From an uncultured virus (IMG/VR IMGVR_UViG_3300017758_000001) (lineage: Duplodnaviria; Heunggongvirae; Uroviricota; Caudoviricetes): a stretch of 64,000 nt of DNA. Below the pieces are notes generated by a model. The model was not told the origin of the DNA, did no database searches, and saw only the letters and a program-made list of their open reading frames with translations. Positions 10,506 through 19,599 of this stretch are shown here, piece after piece. The translations under genes were made by a program, and so were the position numbers. Location: the IMG/VR virus record IMGVR_UViG_3300017758_000001, one strand, 5' to 3'. The stretch's first letter is position 1, and each line of letters begins with the position of its first letter.

Positions 10506-13500
10506 TTAACTAAAACTTACACTAATTGCCGTTATAGGTGTTGGATCTCCTTTGTATCTAACCAATACCATAATTTCGTTATAGGTTGAATTCAAGAACA
10601 TACCATCTGAATTTCTCATTGGTAGAGAGTATGAACCTCCTGAACCTGAACCACCTGTGTTACCATATAAATTAATATTAGAACCAAATGGATTAGTACC
10701 ATCTGTATTAGAACTTATTGTTCCCACAAAATTCTCTAATGTCTTAGTTGGGTCATAAAATCTAGCGTTTGGATAAACGTTAGTTGTTGAGGATTCAAAT
10801 AGGATTACGACAGATGCCGAATTATTATTTGTTGAATCCCATGAAACTAATGAAGGTCCACTAACATTAATACTCATACTTGTTTTTGTACCTGAAGTAG
10901 AGAATTTTCTAACGTAGTACTTATAGTCACTTACAGAACTTGGATTTGTTAACCAATAACCATTATTACCACCAGGTTTTACTAAACGATTGGGTCTTAT
11001 TTGTAGGTCTTGAGTCCCTAATATATTGTATTCATTGTATGTGTTATCCCAAGGGGTCCCACCAAATGAAAGTAAATTGTCAATCAATTTTAATCTTCTA
11101 CCCTCACCACTAAAATTTTCAGAGGTGTTAGATGATCCGTCATATGTTTGTGGTCTACCATAATAATGTAAACTACCACTTGCTGATGGTTGACCAAATG
11201 TTCCCGATATGTGTACTGATCTACTTTCTGAGTCCGTATTGCTTCCACCATAACCAGTACCTGTTATTGAAACCGATTGGTTTGCAGAAGTTCCATAACT
11301 ATTACCCGCACTCCAACTAAGTGTAGAATTCAATTTAATTTTGTTATCAATATCAGGTATTTCACCATTATTAATTGGGTTAGTAAGTGTAGTATCAAAA
11401 AATACACCTGTGGTTGATATTCTTCCATTAGATACTGATGCGTTTCTCTGACCTCCATTACCTGTCATTGAACCATGTGTACCATTTTGATATAACTTAT
11501 TGAATGTCCCTGATATCGAACCTGAAGCGTCGAAAGTTGCTGTCTGTAAGTACGGTGCTCCACTCAATGACCTTGATGTTGCGGTCAGTTGTTGATATGA
11601 ATCGATATTTGCATTTACACCTAAATTAGTTGATCCAATACCCGAAGATATTGTTGGTATAGGTCCATATAGTATTTCAGTATTATTTTCTATCGGTGTA
11701 GTAAAGTCACTTGACCCACTTGCAATCGATAATGAACTTGATATATGATAATAACCTATATCATTGATGTTTGTACCCGCATTTAGAATTGTAGGATTAA
11801 ACACACTTAAGTATTTACCATCTTGGTATCCCGCAGGAATTAATTCAGGGTTTGCCGACTCAATTTTACCTAAAGTAACACCATTTGTTGTTCCCTCACC
11901 TGACTGTTGGATAATCTCACTAGAACTTGATTGTTCAAGTAAAACTCTATTATGATCAAACTTTTTAAATATAAAAGAACCCGAAACTCTGAATGTGGTT
12001 GGTGTACCACTACTTAATTTCCCTAATCCAAATAATGCACCATCATTAGATGATCTAACTGACGTATTTCCTGCCGATAGACTTGTAAAGTTATGTCTGT
12101 AATTAGAATTGGTGTAAAAAGTCCCAAATGACCCCAATATTTGACCACCAACACTAGCATGTCCTGCACTAATTAAATCTAAAAGGGTTTGGTTTGTAGT
12201 CCCTTTAGGTATATAACCATTAATACCTGAACTAGTGGAAGTATTAAAGGTATTTTTACTATACCCGTTATAATATTTAGTATTTGGTGAAGCGTCAGGT
12301 GCAGACTGTGATAATAATCCCGCCATGAACCTGACAATTTCCGAAACATCAGTATTCTCGTCAAAATTGTTGAAATATGAACCTTCTAATGTTCCCCAAT
12401 CATTTGATGTTGGTGACCCTATATTAATATTTTCTGCGTGTAGTGATTTTGATACTATTACACCGTATTTTCCTGATATTGATCCGTCGGGTGAATCTAA
12501 TCCACTTCCTGATATTTGTAAGTTTTCTGGTGTACCGTAATACGAACCTGTCTGTTGGAAAATGTTACTTGACTCAACTTCCGTTTGTACATCGCCAATC
12601 GCATCACTCAATGAAGATGATAATTCACCTATGGAAGATGTTACTGATTGTGATAGTGATGTTAATTCCACATCAGTAGCAAAAGTATTATCTAAAGAAG
12701 AACTAAAAGTTTCTAAATTAGAAATTCTACCATCATGTGATCCACTTGTAACCTCCAAGGAATCAAATCTATCGTTACTTGCGGTATAGAACGTACCGAA
12801 CGCTTGGTCATTTTCAGTATCAACACTATTAATTAGGTCTACAATCTCTTTGAAACTGTTTTTATCTGCATCAGAACTATCTAATATCGCATCAACATTT
12901 CCTTTTACATCATCTATTCTCGTATCTAAAGATGATGATAAATTAGTGACACTAAATTTAAGTTCTTTACTATAACCGTTGGAGTTTGTATCGGTGGTTG
13001 AGGTTGTGATATCCAACCCACCTTCTGAAGTAATTTCTAATTCATCTGAACCCGTAGCCCTAATTAAAGGTTGTCCATCTATAAAAATATCTTTAAAGTG
13101 TGACCCTAAAGAAACAAATGCGGTACCATCAGTCGGTTCAGTAACGTTTAATCCTGTTGAATCGTCAAACTGTAGTTTAGTAAACCTCTTATCATAGGTA
13201 TTACCTAAAATATCGGAACCACTAATTTCAAATGGTACCGAAGAAGTAAAATCATTAAAATCTGATCTTATTGACCCACTTTCTACCTCTAACGAATCTA
13301 ACCTACCATCTTGTGAACCACTTTTGGTTTCTAATTCACCAAACCTAAGTTCAGTGGCAGTAAATGTTGTATCAACTGAGGACGATAAATCATTAATGGA
13401 TGTAGATATCGATGACGATAAATCTGTTAAATCGGTATTAACCTGATCAAAAGATGAGGATACTGATTGTGATAATTCACTTATTGAACCTGATATCGAT

Positions 13501-14081
13501 GATGAAAGAGTTGTTAAATCAGTATTAACTTGGTCAAAAGATGAAGATACCGATTGTGATAATTCGTTAATTGAATCACCTGCCGATACTGAAACATAAA
13601 GTAGTTCATCATCAGTGGTTAAATATATTTCAGACCCTTTAGGTCCACCTATCCACCTATCAATTGTTGAATCCCACAATAATGAACCTGATTCTAAATT
13701 AGGTCCTGTAGGATCTGTTACTAATAAACCACCATAGGCTTCTTCTGACCCATTTAGTTCAAGAATATTGTCGTCTAAGACTACGGTCTCAGATCTAAGT
13801 GATGTAAAAGAACCTAATACATTTAGATTACCTTTAACAGTAAGATTTGAACCTGTAAGTTCTATTGAGTCTAATACTGAAGCCGTAAAGTTATTTAATT
13901 CTAAAACACCCGCGTCTACACCACCACCGACTAAATCAACTAAACTTTGTGTTCCATTTACATAGAAGTTTTCCGCGTAAATATTTGATACGGATGATGA
14001 GGGAGTACCAATATTTATAACTGATCCTGAAGCAACATTTTCTGTTGCAATCTGTTCCCAATATATTTGTTGTAATGCCAT
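10506..14081 (-). CDS. Tail fibre-like structural protein (1191 aa)
   Basis: Shares the LDDNILELNG..SLLWD module, DGRLDSLEVESGSIR coiled coil and FTKLQFDDSTG module with the giant fibre. Confidence 0.75.
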   Translation of the reverse strand: MALQQIYWEQIATENVASGSVINIGTPSSSVSNIYAENFYVNGTQSLVDLVGGGVDAGVLELNNFTASVLDSIELTGSNLTVKGNLNVLGSFTSLRSETVVLDDNILELNGSEEAYGGLLVTDPTGPNLESGSLLWDSTIDRWIGGPKGSEIYLTTDDELLYVSVSAGDSINELSQSVSSSFDQVNTDLTTLSSSISGSISELSQSVSSSFDQVNTDLTDLSSSISTSINDLSSSVDTTFTATELRFGELETKSGSQDGRLDSLEVESGSIRSDFNDFTSSVPFEISGSDILGNTYDKRFTKLQFDDSTGLNVTEPTDGTAFVSLGSHFKDIFIDGQPLIRATGSDELEITSEGGLDITTSTTDTNSNGYSKELKFSVTNLSSSLDTRIDDVKGNVDAILDSSDADKNSFKEIVDLINSVDTENDQAFGTFYTASNDRFDSLEVTSGSHDGRISNLETFSSSLDNTFATDVELTSLSQSVTSSIGELSSSLSDAIGDVQTEVESSNIFQQTGSYYGTPENLQISGSGLDSPDGSISGKYGVIVSKSLHAENINIGSPTSNDWGTLEGSYFNNFDENTDVSEIVRFMAGLLSQSAPDASPNTKYYNGYSKNTFNTSTSSGINGYIPKGTTNQTLLDLISAGHASVGGQILGSFGTFYTNSNYRHNFTSLSAGNTSVRSSNDGALFGLGKLSSGTPTTFRVSGSFIFKKFDHNRVLLEQSSSSEIIQQSGEGTTNGVTLGKIESANPELIPAGYQDGKYLSVFNPTILNAGTNINDIGYYHISSSLSIASGSSDFTTPIENNTEILYGPIPTISSGIGSTNLGVNANIDSYQQLTATSRSLSGAPYLQTATFDASGSISGTFNKLYQNGTHGSMTGNGGQRNASVSNGRISTTGVFFDTTLTNPINNGEIPDIDNKIKLNSTLSWSAGNSYGTSANQSVSITGTGYGGSNTDSESRSVHISGTFGQPSASGSLHYYGRPQTYDGSSNTSENFSGEGRRLKLIDNLLSFGGTPWDNTYNEYNILGTQDLQIRPNRLVKPGGNNGYWLTNPSSVSDYKYYVRKFSTSGTKTSMSINVSGPSLVSWDSTNNNSASVVILFESSTTNVYPNARFYDPTKTLENFVGTISSNTDGTNPFGSNINLYGNTGGSGSGGSYSLPMRNSDGMFLNSTYNEIMVLVRYKGDPTPITAISVSFS

Positions 14082-14130
14082 CTACTAAAAGTCCTTTAAC
14101 ATAAATACTTTTAGTTTGCTTCTTGTAACC

Positions 14131-14160
14131 AAAAAGAGGAGACAAATTTTGCCTCCCCTT
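14131..14160 (-). terminator. Intrinsic terminator after glutaredoxin
   Basis: Minus strand AAGGGGAGGCA-AAATT-TGTCTCCTCTTTTT. Confidence 0.7.
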
Positions 14161-14165
14161 ATAAT

Positions 14166-14432
14166 TTACATATTTTTCTTGATTTTTTCTATCATTTCGT
14201 CCTCGTCATCGACGTTTACACCTGGTATTAATATAACACCATCGTTACTATTTTTTCTTTTTATGAATATAGTTGGGTAATTTATTTCACCCATTTGTTT
14301 GGTAATTTGATCGATTAACGGTATATATTCATCTGAATCGTACTCAATGAACTTGATATTTTCAATTTCAAGTCTTTTTTTTAACTTATTACAGTGAGAA
14401 CAATTAGATAATGTGAAAATACAGACGGACAT
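14166..14432 (-). CDS. Glutaredoxin/NrdH-like protein
   Basis: IFTLSNCSHC (CxxC); NYPTIFI cis-Pro loop; 88 aa. Confidence 0.85.
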   Translation of the reverse strand: MSVCIFTLSNCSHCNKLKKRLEIENIKFIEYDSDEYIPLIDQITKQMGEINYPTIFIKRKNSNDGVILIPGVNVDDEDEMIEKIKKNM

Positions 14433-14737
14433 TATAAATTACTTATAGACTCCACGTATTTTTCGTCAGGTTGAACACCTGTAAACCTATCTTTTAACTC
14501 TTCACCGTTAAATGTAATCACTGTTGGTACTCCTCTTATTCCTAAATCAAGTGCAATCTGTCTATTTTCATCAACATTCACTTTTACAAATTCAATATCA
14601 GGGTGTTTACCCTCAAGTTCTTCCAATCTTGGTATTAACATTTTACATGGTCCGCACCAAGGTGCCCAAAAATCTACTAATAGTTTTTTTCCTTCCTTTT
14701 GAAGTGAGGTTAACTCCTCTGTGTTTAAATCTTTCAT
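14432..14737 (-). CDS. trxA: Thioredoxin
   Basis: VDFWAPWCGPCK, VKVNVDEN, IRGVPT. Confidence 0.95.
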   Translation of the reverse strand: MKDLNTEELTSLQKEGKKLLVDFWAPWCGPCKMLIPRLEELEGKHPDIEFVKVNVDENRQIALDLGIRGVPTVITFNGEELKDRFTGVQPDEKYVESISNL

Positions 14738-14738
14738 T

Positions 14739-15806
14739 TTAAAATCCTATTTTACCTTTTTTTATTGTTTTATAAACATCGACATCTATATTATAGATGT
14801 CAGAAAGTACCATACCTTCCTTCACTTCTACATCTTTTCCAATATGTTGTAAAAGATTGTTGGTTTCCTCAACACTAAGTTTCTCAAACTTGTGTTCCGC
14901 AATAAGTCGTCCTTTTCTCATAAACGCCTCATCGATGTTGTCTCTTTTCGTATTAAATGTTGCAACTATCTGTATGTTTAAACAATCACCTAATATACCA
15001 TCTGTTAAATTTAATAAGTTTGATGTACTTTGAGATGATGTTGATCCACTTTCTCTCGATCCAAGTACTTTCTCGGCATCTTCAATAATTAATATACTAT
15101 TTCTATAGTCCATTAAGAATGGTATTATTGATGGGTCTGTCAACATCTCCGCCATAGATGGTGGAACAAATATTACATTCTTAGTTTTTACTTGAGTACT
15201 GAGGTATTTTATATATGTTGTTTTACCCGTACCAGGTTCACCATGTAATAACACTATACCCTTCTCTTCTTTTTTATTTAATTTATTAATTATGGTTTCG
15301 TGTATTTTTTTGAACTCTTCACCGTAATTTAAAGATAGGTCAGTTTTAGGAATTTTGACTTCATAATCTTCAAGATCTAAATAACCCCCACCTTGAGCTC
15401 TAATTAATGAAATGGTGGACTTTTTCCTACGTATTTTATGTCTGTCTAAGAAACTGATATCTATTTGATCTTTTAATTCACCGTTTTCTAACGAATAATA
15501 TAACATAACCTTCATTTCTTTAGAAGATTTGTCTTTTTTTGTTTTTAAAAGAAGTTCTTTGTTATCACAAACCCATAAAACCTCATCAGATCCTCTAAGG
15601 GTACCATTTCTACCACCTAAACTACTTAGTTTACTAAATGGTTTAAATCCTTTCTCTTCAAAGTATTTTAGTATTTTATCGGTATATAAGGTTCTATCAA
15701 CGCTAGTTGATGGTATCTTTTCATACTTAAGTAAAAATATTTGTTCTCCCGCGATCTCTTCACTATACGCAGGTTCAAATAAAGAATAATATTTAGGTAA
15801 CTTCAT
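14739..15806 (-). CDS. AAA+ ATPase (single module, BCS1-like clade)
   Basis: Walker A GEPGTGKT; Walker B LIIEDAE; LLNLTDG; SRH MRKGRL; C-terminal KIGF. Confidence 0.9.
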   Translation of the reverse strand: MKLPKYYSLFEPAYSEEIAGEQIFLLKYEKIPSTSVDRTLYTDKILKYFEEKGFKPFSKLSSLGGRNGTLRGSDEVLWVCDNKELLLKTKKDKSSKEMKVMLYYSLENGELKDQIDISFLDRHKIRRKKSTISLIRAQGGGYLDLEDYEVKIPKTDLSLNYGEEFKKIHETIINKLNKKEEKGIVLLHGEPGTGKTTYIKYLSTQVKTKNVIFVPPSMAEMLTDPSIIPFLMDYRNSILIIEDAEKVLGSRESGSTSSQSTSNLLNLTDGILGDCLNIQIVATFNTKRDNIDEAFMRKGRLIAEHKFEKLSVEETNNLLQHIGKDVEVKEGMVLSDIYNIDVDVYKTIKKGKIGF

Positions 15807-16099
15807 TAATTCCCTCCAATTTTACAATATCCTCGTTTATCAATATAAATTTTAGGTTCATAATACTCCTTTTCCCTGTTGATTATATTTTTTGATTTTA
15901 ATGTGTTTTTAATTATTTCAAACTGTTCCATATTCAATGTAGGATCTTCTTTTTCAAAGAAGTTTTTCTCTGCAATATCTGTTAAATATTCAAAAAATTC
16001 TTCGGGATCAAGATCTGCAATAAAATATTCTCTCGCCTCATTATTAGTCTTAAAGTATTTTTTAAGTTTTTGGATGTATACAATCACCTCAGGACTCAT
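15806..16099 (-). CDS. Hypothetical protein (97 aa)
   Basis: Stop/start coupled to both neighbours. Confidence 0.7.
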   Translation of the reverse strand: MSPEVIVYIQKLKKYFKTNNEAREYFIADLDPEEFFEYLTDIAEKNFFEKEDPTLNMEQFEIIKNTLKSKNIINREKEYYEPKIYIDKRGYCKIGGN

Positions 16100-16608
16100 T
16101 ATAGTTTATCAATTTGACTTTTCGAAAGTGATACCTTTGTTGGTCTACCGAATATCTTAACTTCAACATCAACTCTGTTACCTTCAACTTTATTTATTAT
16201 ACCATCAAATGTTTTAAATGGTCCGTCAACTACTTTAATATGTTCACCTGTTATATAATCAACATCTAAACCAACAGGTTCTTGATCTTCCTTAATTATT
16301 CTTGATACATCCCTTTTATTTAATTTAAGTGGAGTTTTGTCTCCAAGTATTCCAAATATGTTTGGGAGGAAAGGTAAGTTCTTAAGTTCATTCTGAGAAA
16401 GGTCATGTTCCGCTTCGAAATAGATATATCCTGTGTAGATAACCCTTTCTCTTATTACTTTTTTAGATTTAATTATTTTTACTTGTTTCTCTGTGGGACA
16501 TACAAATCTTTTAATCCCTACGACATCACCAAGTTCAATATCTGTGTTAAATTGTTCAGATAATTGTCTTTCTTTACCTGGCGACACTCTTACTAAGTAC
16601 CAATTCAC
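16099..16608 (-). CDS. nusG: NusG-family transcription elongation/antitermination factor
   Basis: NGN domain (WYLVRVSPGKE..YTGYIYF) plus KOW domain (GEHIKVVDGPFKTFDG..VEVKIFGRPTKV). Confidence 0.92.
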   Translation of the reverse strand: MNWYLVRVSPGKERQLSEQFNTDIELGDVVGIKRFVCPTEKQVKIIKSKKVIRERVIYTGYIYFEAEHDLSQNELKNLPFLPNIFGILGDKTPLKLNKRDVSRIIKEDQEPVGLDVDYITGEHIKVVDGPFKTFDGIINKVEGNRVDVEVKIFGRPTKVSLSKSQIDKL

Positions 16609-16628
16609 TTTTATATTTATCTTTCTTT

Positions 16629-17540
16629 TTACTGAAAACTGTCATTCATATCATATAAAGTCAATTGTTGACCCACATAATATTCTTTTTGACCGTAATT
16701 CATTATCAGAAGTTCGGTTGCGTCATTTTGTTTACCGTTCTTCTTCGCGTTAGCCGACTTTTTGAAGTTTTTTCGTGACCATCTGTATTGTGTTGATGGA
16801 AACCATTTTTCTAAAAGACTAAAATTATAGTAAGAAAGACTAAATTGTCCCTCCATACTTTTAAGACTTTCCGCTAACCTTTCATGGTCTGCACGATCGA
16901 AGTCGTGATTAGAATAATAATTTTCTGTTTTCCAATATGGTGGGTCAACATAGAAATATGATTTTTCTGAATCGTACTTTTCAATCACATCTTCAAAATC
17001 CAAATTCTCAACAAAACTTATTTTATCAAAGTGTTCCCTATAATTTGAATTTTTTAACTTATCCATAAATATGAGAACTTTACATCTGTACTTACCTCTG
17101 TAATCCGTGTAGGTTGATGTCTCAGGTTTAGAACCTGAGAAAACTTGTGTTAGTACGAATACATACTTTACAGCAGCATCGAATTCTTTACCTTCTTCAA
17201 TAACAAAATTAGGATCAAAAACTTCTTTTTGACACTCACTGAAGAACTCAGCACATTCGGGTGGGGTGATATCAACGTATCTTTTTTGAATGTAGTCGTC
17301 ATACTTATTTAACTCCTCATGTAAACGATCATATTCAAGAGAACACTTCATCAAATTGGAGTTTAGTTTGTTGAAATCGTTATAAACTACGGTTTTAAGA
17401 TTTGGATACATCTTTAGGTCCATGTTAAAAAACACCCAAAACATACCTGAGAAAGGTTCAACATATGTTTCAATGTCATATGGTATATATGGAACAATCC
17501 ATTTACCTATCCTCGCCTTTCCCCCTATGTAACTTATCAT
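16629..17540 (-). CDS. Dam/D12-class DNA adenine methyltransferase
   Basis: YIGGK, YVEPFSG, VYNDFN and catalytic YVDPPY. Confidence 0.9.
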   Translation of the reverse strand: MISYIGGKARIGKWIVPYIPYDIETYVEPFSGMFWVFFNMDLKMYPNLKTVVYNDFNKLNSNLMKCSLEYDRLHEELNKYDDYIQKRYVDITPPECAEFFSECQKEVFDPNFVIEEGKEFDAAVKYVFVLTQVFSGSKPETSTYTDYRGKYRCKVLIFMDKLKNSNYREHFDKISFVENLDFEDVIEKYDSEKSYFYVDPPYWKTENYYSNHDFDRADHERLAESLKSMEGQFSLSYYNFSLLEKWFPSTQYRWSRKNFKKSANAKKNGKQNDATELLIMNYGQKEYYVGQQLTLYDMNDSFQ

Positions 17541-17569
17541 GAAATTATTGTGTTAAGATATATAGTAAA

Positions 17570-17598
17570 ATAGTACACAAAAAAACTCTTATAGTCAA
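17570..17598 (-). promoter_or_regulatory. sigma70-type promoter for the MTase-nusG-AAA-trx-grx operon
   Basis: GGGGG-TTGACT-17 nt (ending GTG)-TACTAT. Confidence 0.7.
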
Positions 17599-17603
17599 CC
17601 CCC

Positions 17604-18347
17604 TTATCTCTTGTTTTTGTAATACTCGTAAAGGTCCACACCTAATTTTTCCCCAAACTTCGAATCACTTACAAAATGTGATCTTGCCACATTTCTACTT
17701 AAAGATATTTTTTCCGCAATAGTTAAAAACTCTTTATCTTTTGTTTCGTTGTGGAGGTATTCACCTAAGAGTCTTGATTGTGCGGAGTGTCCTGATGGGT
17801 ATGAAGGTGATTTTGCAGATTTTAATTTTATACCACCTATCGACATGTTTAATTTTTCTGCAATCTTTTGAGGTCTCGGTCGATTGTAATGCATCTTCAA
17901 TTCAAGTATAATACCCGCAGCGCTTTCAACCAACTCTTCTAATAGTTCCGAAGAAAAATCATAACCTTTTTCTTTTATGTATTTCTCGAAACATGGAACA
18001 ATTCTATCATACTTCTTAGAAAAATCATATTCTTCAGGAAGTGATGATAGTAACTCTAACTCTTCTTTTACCTTCTTTGATTCATTTTTGGGTGGTGGAA
18101 AAACTGTATATTTAGTTATGTCGAAGTCTTTAAAGATTCCCTCAGTTCGACCATACTTCATTTCTTTCTTGTGTTTCTTCTTTACCTTGTCTGTGTGAAT
18201 CATATTTGTTAGGTCCACTTCAGATAAGTTTCTTTTTTTCTTACCTGCACAGTGTGCCTTTTGACTAAACCCTTTAGGATTATTACAGTCGATAGACTCT
18301 TTGTACTTATCAGACCATACTTCTTCAACAAGTGACATCAGTTTCAT
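17604..18347 (-). CDS. PAP2/vanadium-haloperoxidase-family phosphatase with an N-terminal Cys/His extension
   Basis: KMHYNRPRP, SYPSGH and SRNVARSHFVSD motifs intact. Confidence 0.85.
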   Translation of the reverse strand: MKLMSLVEEVWSDKYKESIDCNNPKGFSQKAHCAGKKKRNLSEVDLTNMIHTDKVKKKHKKEMKYGRTEGIFKDFDITKYTVFPPPKNESKKVKEELELLSSLPEEYDFSKKYDRIVPCFEKYIKEKGYDFSSELLEELVESAAGIILELKMHYNRPRPQKIAEKLNMSIGGIKLKSAKSPSYPSGHSAQSRLLGEYLHNETKDKEFLTIAEKISLSRNVARSHFVSDSKFGEKLGVDLYEYYKNKR

Positions 18348-18348
18348 A

Positions 18349-18377
18349 TTGATAAATACTTATAAATTACTTATATT
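18349..18377 (+). promoter_or_regulatory. sigma70-type promoter of the only plus-strand operon
   Basis: TTGATA-17 nt-TATATT ending 5 nt before ATG 18383. Confidence 0.6.
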
Positions 18378-18382
18378 AACGT

Positions 18383-18532
18383 ATGGCATGTTCAAAATGT
18401 AAGAAAAAGAAAGAGAGAGATGAGATCTTAAAAGAGATTGAGAGTACTGAGAAGTATGTAAAAATCTTTTTTATCGTTGTTGTCGTTTTAGCGGCATACG
18501 GTATATATTCTCTATTCTCCTCTTTACTATGA
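18383..18532 (+). CDS. Small CxxC membrane protein (49 aa; not in ORF track)
   Basis: MACSKCKKKKERDEILKEIESTEKYVKIFFIVVVVLAAYGIYSLFSSLL*; ATGA overlap with the next gene. Confidence 0.75.
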   Translation: MACSKCKKKKERDEILKEIESTEKYVKIFFIVVVVLAAYGIYSLFSSLL

Positions 18533-19176
18533 AAAAGAAAAAATACAAAATCATACTTTTCTGTAATAAGAAAAGAAAGAAGTTGGTTTATGAGACTGTT
18601 AGTCTCCCCGCAATCCGTGACTTATGGTATGAGTTAAAGACGGAGAAAAAACCAAGATATATAAAGGAGTACGGTGGAAAAAGAAATCAAAAATTAGATT
18701 TCGAATTAGCACTGGTATATCCTGATAATAGATGGGCAAAAAAGAAAACCATAACCAAAAGAGACGATTACGGTAGATTATATGAAGCTGGAGTTGATCA
18801 AAAAGGTTATCGACTAAAGGAGATGGTTCCTTATTGGAGAGAAGAAAAAATATTTGATTACAAATCAAGAAAACATATTAGATATCATGAACTTCTTGAG
18901 GTATTAGGAGAGGTGGGTGAGATTGCTCAAATATTCACATTAAATAATAAAATGTTTTTACAAATAGAAGAAGATGTAAGAATGTTTGGTAATAAAAATA
19001 TTAGTGATAGTGAGAGACTTTTTGAATTCTTAAGAGAAGATCTACTTAAAAAGAAAAGAAAGGGTAATTTTATCTTTGTTAAAGATGTTACCACTAACCA
19101 AAGAAAAAACCTTTATATAATATTGAAAAAGAAAGGTTATGATAGTCAGACTTTATTTAGACACTATTCTTACTAA
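18529..19176 (+). CDS. Basic hypothetical protein (215 aa)
   Basis: Long K/R-rich ORF filling a region with no credible minus-strand gene. Confidence 0.8.
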   Translation: MKKKKYKIILFCNKKRKKLVYETVSLPAIRDLWYELKTEKKPRYIKEYGGKRNQKLDFELALVYPDNRWAKKKTITKRDDYGRLYEAGVDQKGYRLKEMVPYWREEKIFDYKSRKHIRYHELLEVLGEVGEIAQIFTLNNKMFLQIEEDVRMFGNKNISDSERLFEFLREDLLKKKRKGNFIFVKDVTTNQRKNLYIILKKKGYDSQTLFRHYSY

Positions 19177-19402
19177 ATAAGAAAACTACCTCCCCAAGAG
19201 AAATAGAAAAAGTCCCGCTGTCATCTTCTTCAATTTCCTCATCATACTTAGAATTTAAATATTCTTTTAATTCATCGTATTGTTCATCATCAACCTCAAA
19301 TAGAACCGTACTGTTTCGTACTTCTATGTTTACTTTTTCTATTAAATCTGAGATTATCGCTAATTGATTTAGAATGTCCCCCTTTTTTTTGTCTTCACTC
19401 AT
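19157..19402 (-). CDS. Acidic hypothetical protein (81 aa)
   Basis: ATGA coupling with the upstream gene. Confidence 0.7.
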   Translation of the reverse strand: MSEDKKKGDILNQLAIISDLIEKVNIEVRNSTVLFEVDDEQYDELKEYLNSKYDEEIEEDDSGTFSISLGEVVFLFSKNSV

Positions 19403-19599
19403 ATACCTAACACTTTAAGTACTTTTTTAATAAATTTTTTAAATTTGGGTTCGGGTTTTGGTGGTTTGAATAAATCATCTTTATTCATCTTTTTCAGTTG
19501 GTTGATCATCGTCCTTTTGTGACTCACTATCTCCTTCTGATCCTTTTTCATCTCCGTCTTCAACCAATTTAATTCCACCTTCGTAGGTTTTTTTGACAT
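19399..19599 (-). CDS. Basic hypothetical protein (66 aa), overlapping the upstream gene by 119 nt
   Basis: Helical K-rich sequence; its stop is coupled to the next ATG. Confidence 0.6.
   Translation of the reverse strand: MSKKPTKVELNWLKTEMKKDQKEIVSHKRTMINQLKKMNKDDLFKPPKPEPKFKKFIKKVLKVLGI

Noticed and set aside
1..14081. Diversity-generating retroelement or invertase shufflon acting on the fibres
   Set aside because: No reverse transcriptase or recombinase in the window, and no adenine-specific TR/VR pair was evident
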